DNA of 56,567 nucleotides from a virus (Duplodnaviria; Caudoviricetes): IMG/VR virus record IMGVR_UViG_3300031237_000257, positions 1 to 56,567 of that record; one strand, 5' to 3'. Shown piece by piece: positions 54,068 to 56,567 of this stretch (position 1 is its first letter; each line of letters starts with the position of its first letter). The notes under the pieces were generated by a model. It saw only the letters and a program-made list of their open reading frames with translations, ran no database searches and was not told where the DNA came from. The position numbers and the translations under genes were made by a program.

Positions 54068-54778
54068 ATGCCTGAAATCAAGGAACGGCCGATCTTGTTC
54101 TCGGCCCCGATGGTGCGCGCCATCCTGGAAGGCCGGAAGACGGTCACGCGGCGACCGGTAAAAGGTGGGCAGATTCCTACCGAGGACACCTCCATTCCCG
54201 TCGGTGATCGCCAGCGCTGGAGCGCAATCGGCCAGCGCGACCCCCGCTATGGTTTCTGCGTATTCGGAGCTACCGAAGCAGAATGCGCCAAGGAGTTGGA
54301 GGAGTACGCACCTTGCCCGCATGGACGGCGCGGCGACCGGCTGTGGGTGCGCGAAACTCATGCCGATATCGGCTGCCGACTGACTTACCGCGCCGACACC
54401 GACGACGGCGCCCACTGCCAGGTGAAGAAGTGGACGCCAGCCATTCACATGTTCCGCCGGCACAGTCGCATCTTGCTGGAGATCACCGAGGTTAGGGTCG
54501 AGCGGCTGCAGGACATCAGCGATGAGCACGCACGGGCCGAAGGAATAATTTCGGTACCAAAAACCACGGAAGACTCACATCAGTTCTGGCGCAACTACCA
54601 CCTGAGTGGCGACGGCACGTTCTGCGTGCGCACTCCCAAGGAGTCGTTCAAGTCGCTCTGGTGTCACGTCGCCGGCGGGTCTTTCCCAAAGGGCGAGGCT
54701 GCGTACAAGGCGTCACCACATAGCTGGGATGCCAACCCGTGGGTTTGGGTCGTCGAGTTCAAGCAGGTGACGCCATGA
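54068..54778 (+). CDS. Conserved phage protein (ASCH/PUA-like)
   Basis: ERPILFSAPMVRAILEGRKTVTRR, GDRLWVRE, WDANPWVWVVEF. Confidence 0.82.
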   Translation: MPEIKERPILFSAPMVRAILEGRKTVTRRPVKGGQIPTEDTSIPVGDRQRWSAIGQRDPRYGFCVFGATEAECAKELEEYAPCPHGRRGDRLWVRETHADIGCRLTYRADTDDGAHCQVKKWTPAIHMFRRHSRILLEITEVRVERLQDISDEHARAEGIISVPKTTEDSHQFWRNYHLSGDGTFCVRTPKESFKSLWCHVAGGSFPKGEAAYKASPHSWDANPWVWVVEFKQVTP

Positions 54779-54918
54779 TCATCCCACTCTCTGCCCTCGC
54801 CTACATGGCCTGGCTCATCTACAAGGGGTCACGGCGATAATTCACTTCCAAAGCAAATAGTCGGGAAACCGACAGTTGCTTCGAGCAAGGCTGGAAACCT
54901 CTAAACAGGAGGTTCTCC

Positions 54919-55062
54919 ATGAAGCAAATTTTGATCAACTTAATCGTCGGCATTTTCTTACATCTGCTTTTCCCTTCGGCTAACTCGTGCCCATGCGCGA
55001 TCCATGAGCCGCCCGCGTATCCAAGCCATCCGGTTTTAAGCGTTACGACGAAATCCCAATAA
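54919..55062 (+). CDS. 47-aa hydrophobic peptide (not in ORF track)
   Basis: AGGAGG RBS; MKQILINLIVGIFLHLLFPSANSCPCAIHEPPAYPSHPVLSVTTKSQ. Confidence 0.5.
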   Translation: MKQILINLIVGIFLHLLFPSANSCPCAIHEPPAYPSHPVLSVTTKSQ

Positions 55063-55098
55063 CCACCCTTCTGCCGCCACGCGCGGCATGGAGCACTT

Positions 55099-55518
55099 AT
55101 GTCTGCAGAACTGGCGCAGGCGCCCTCCCGGCCCCGGCGCGAAAACATCCTTCCCCGATTCATCCGCGCCGGTGCCGCGCCTATCTACTTGGGCATGTGC
55201 CGCGCCGAGTTCGACAAAACAGTCCGCCCTTATGTCAGCGAGTTCCCGATCGGCGAGCGCGGTGTTGGCTTTGACCGGGAAGAGCTCGACGACTGGGCCA
55301 CGGCCTACGTCGCAGCGAAGGCAATTGATAAACATGGCGCTTCGGAGCAACAATCGCCCCGCAGCGAGCGCCAGAAAGGAGATAAATCATGGCGCGAAAA
55401 TCGATCACAGGCCTCTCCGAGAGGAAAGGTATCTGGCATATCGACAAGAAAATCAACGGAGAACGACTTTACGAAAGCACTGGAACTGGTGACCGGGAAG
55501 AAGCGGAGCGCTACCTGA
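55099..55518 (+). CDS. Excisionase / AlpA-like DNA-binding protein
   Basis: APIYLGMCRAEFD...FDREELDDWA wHTH; upstream of and overlapping integrase. Confidence 0.72.
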   Translation: MSAELAQAPSRPRRENILPRFIRAGAAPIYLGMCRAEFDKTVRPYVSEFPIGERGVGFDREELDDWATAYVAAKAIDKHGASEQQSPRSERQKGDKSWRENRSQASPRGKVSGISTRKSTENDFTKALELVTGKKRSAT

Positions 55519-56567
55519 TCTACCGGCTGGAGCAGATCCGGCAACAGAAGGTGTACGGCGTAAAGAAGGTCAGGATCTGGCGGGAGGCGGCAACTCGCTT
55601 CCTGCTGGAGTTCAAGGATCAGCCTTCAATCAAGCTTTCGGCGCACCACCTTTCCCAGCTGGACCCGTTCATAGGCGACATGCCGCTGACCCACATTGAT
55701 GACCAGGCCCTCGTGCCGTTCATCAAGGACAGGTTGGCCACCAAGAAGCTTGATGGCGGCAAGGTGAAGAAAGGCGTCAGCAACAGGACGGTGAATATCT
55801 CGATCGAGCGTGTGGTTCGGGTGTTGTCGTTGTGTGCCAGAAAGTGGCGAGATGATGAGCGCAGGCCGTGGCTAGAAAGCGTGCCGATGCTCACGAAACT
55901 GGAAGAGAAGAAGTCGAGCCGCAAACCGTACCCGATGTCATGGCCAGAGCAGTCGATTCTATTTGCGGAATTGCCGGCTCACCTGCAAACGATGGCACTG
56001 TTCAAGGTGAACACCGGCACGCGAGAGCAGGAAGTCTGCAAGCTGAGATGGGAATGGGAGATTTCAGTGCCAGAGCTCGGGACTAGCGTTTTTCTGATCC
56101 CGGCGGACTTTGGCGGCAGACACGAACGGTCTGGAGTGAAGAACGGTGATGAGCGACTGGTCGTGCTCAACAGCGTGGCCAAATCGATCATCGAGCAGCA
56201 GCGCGGCCTGAGCAAGGATTGGGTTTTTCCTTACAACGGCAACGCAATGCACCGGATGAACGACTCAGCCTGGAAGAAGGCGCGGGTGAGAGCGGCGAAA
56301 CTCTGGCAGGAGGAAAACCTTCGCCCCGCTCACCCAGGTTATGCATCCATTAGGATCCATGACCTCAAACACACATTTGGCCGCCGGCTGCGCGCAGCAG
56401 GCGTAACCGAAGAAGACCGCAAGGCGCTTCTGGGCCACAAGAACGGCAGCATCACCAGTCATTACTCCGGCGCTGAGCTCGGGCATCTGATTGAAGCTGC
56501 GAACATGGTATCAGCAACCGATTCGCGTGGACCGGTCCTGACAATCTTGAAGAGGAAGCAGGCGTGA
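55389..56567 (+). CDS. int: Tyrosine recombinase / phage integrase
   Basis: AAAGGAG RBS; TGTREQEV, HDLKHTF, LLGH, ITSHY. Confidence 0.93.
   Translation: MARKSITGLSERKGIWHIDKKINGERLYESTGTGDREEAERYLIYRLEQIRQQKVYGVKKVRIWREAATRFLLEFKDQPSIKLSAHHLSQLDPFIGDMPLTHIDDQALVPFIKDRLATKKLDGGKVKKGVSNRTVNISIERVVRVLSLCARKWRDDERRPWLESVPMLTKLEEKKSSRKPYPMSWPEQSILFAELPAHLQTMALFKVNTGTREQEVCKLRWEWEISVPELGTSVFLIPADFGGRHERSGVKNGDERLVVLNSVAKSIIEQQRGLSKDWVFPYNGNAMHRMNDSAWKKARVRAAKLWQEENLRPAHPGYASIRIHDLKHTFGRRLRAAGVTEEDRKALLGHKNGSITSHYSGAELGHLIEAANMVSATDSRGPVLTILKRKQA

Larger units (their letters stand above)
1958..56567. mobile_element. Lambdoid siphovirus-type prophage (boundaries approximate; 1-1957 may be terminal cargo)
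   Basis: Full ordered set of integrase, recombination, immunity, replication, packaging, head, tail and lysis modules; att cores not identifiable in window. Confidence 0.95.

Overview
The window is almost entirely one apparently intact lambdoid, siphovirus-type prophage; gene content and sequence style suggest a Pseudomonas host (inference). Right to left: tyrosine integrase and xis-like gene (the integrase stop codon is the last base of the window); pL early operon on + (RecT/exonuclease, PAPS-reductase-like protein, C5 methyltransferase) interleaved with five antisense accessory genes; immunity region (cI, an unlisted 59-aa cro, six 14-bp operators, a two-gene cassette in the rexAB position, a LexA-boxed DUF1654 gene); cII, Rha, replication genes with five iterons, ninG and a Q-like gene with pR'/tR'; holin, terminase, portal, head and tail genes (G/T -1 frameshift, side fibre between M and L, a 4-kb accessory hotspot between K and I, a kilA-N gene with a C4-like structured leader); then endolysin and spanins. 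An AT-rich 478-aa gene with two predicted amphipathic beta-hairpins lies at the far left. The best candidates for undescribed biology are that pore-former-like gene, the Zn-ribbon plus membrane pair behind cI, the antisense cassettes with repeated junction motifs, the boxA/GNRA pL leader with no recognisable N gene, and the K-I hotspot genes. No att sites, tRNA, rRNA or CRISPR array could be supported. Family assignments are by-eye motif recognition, not database searches.
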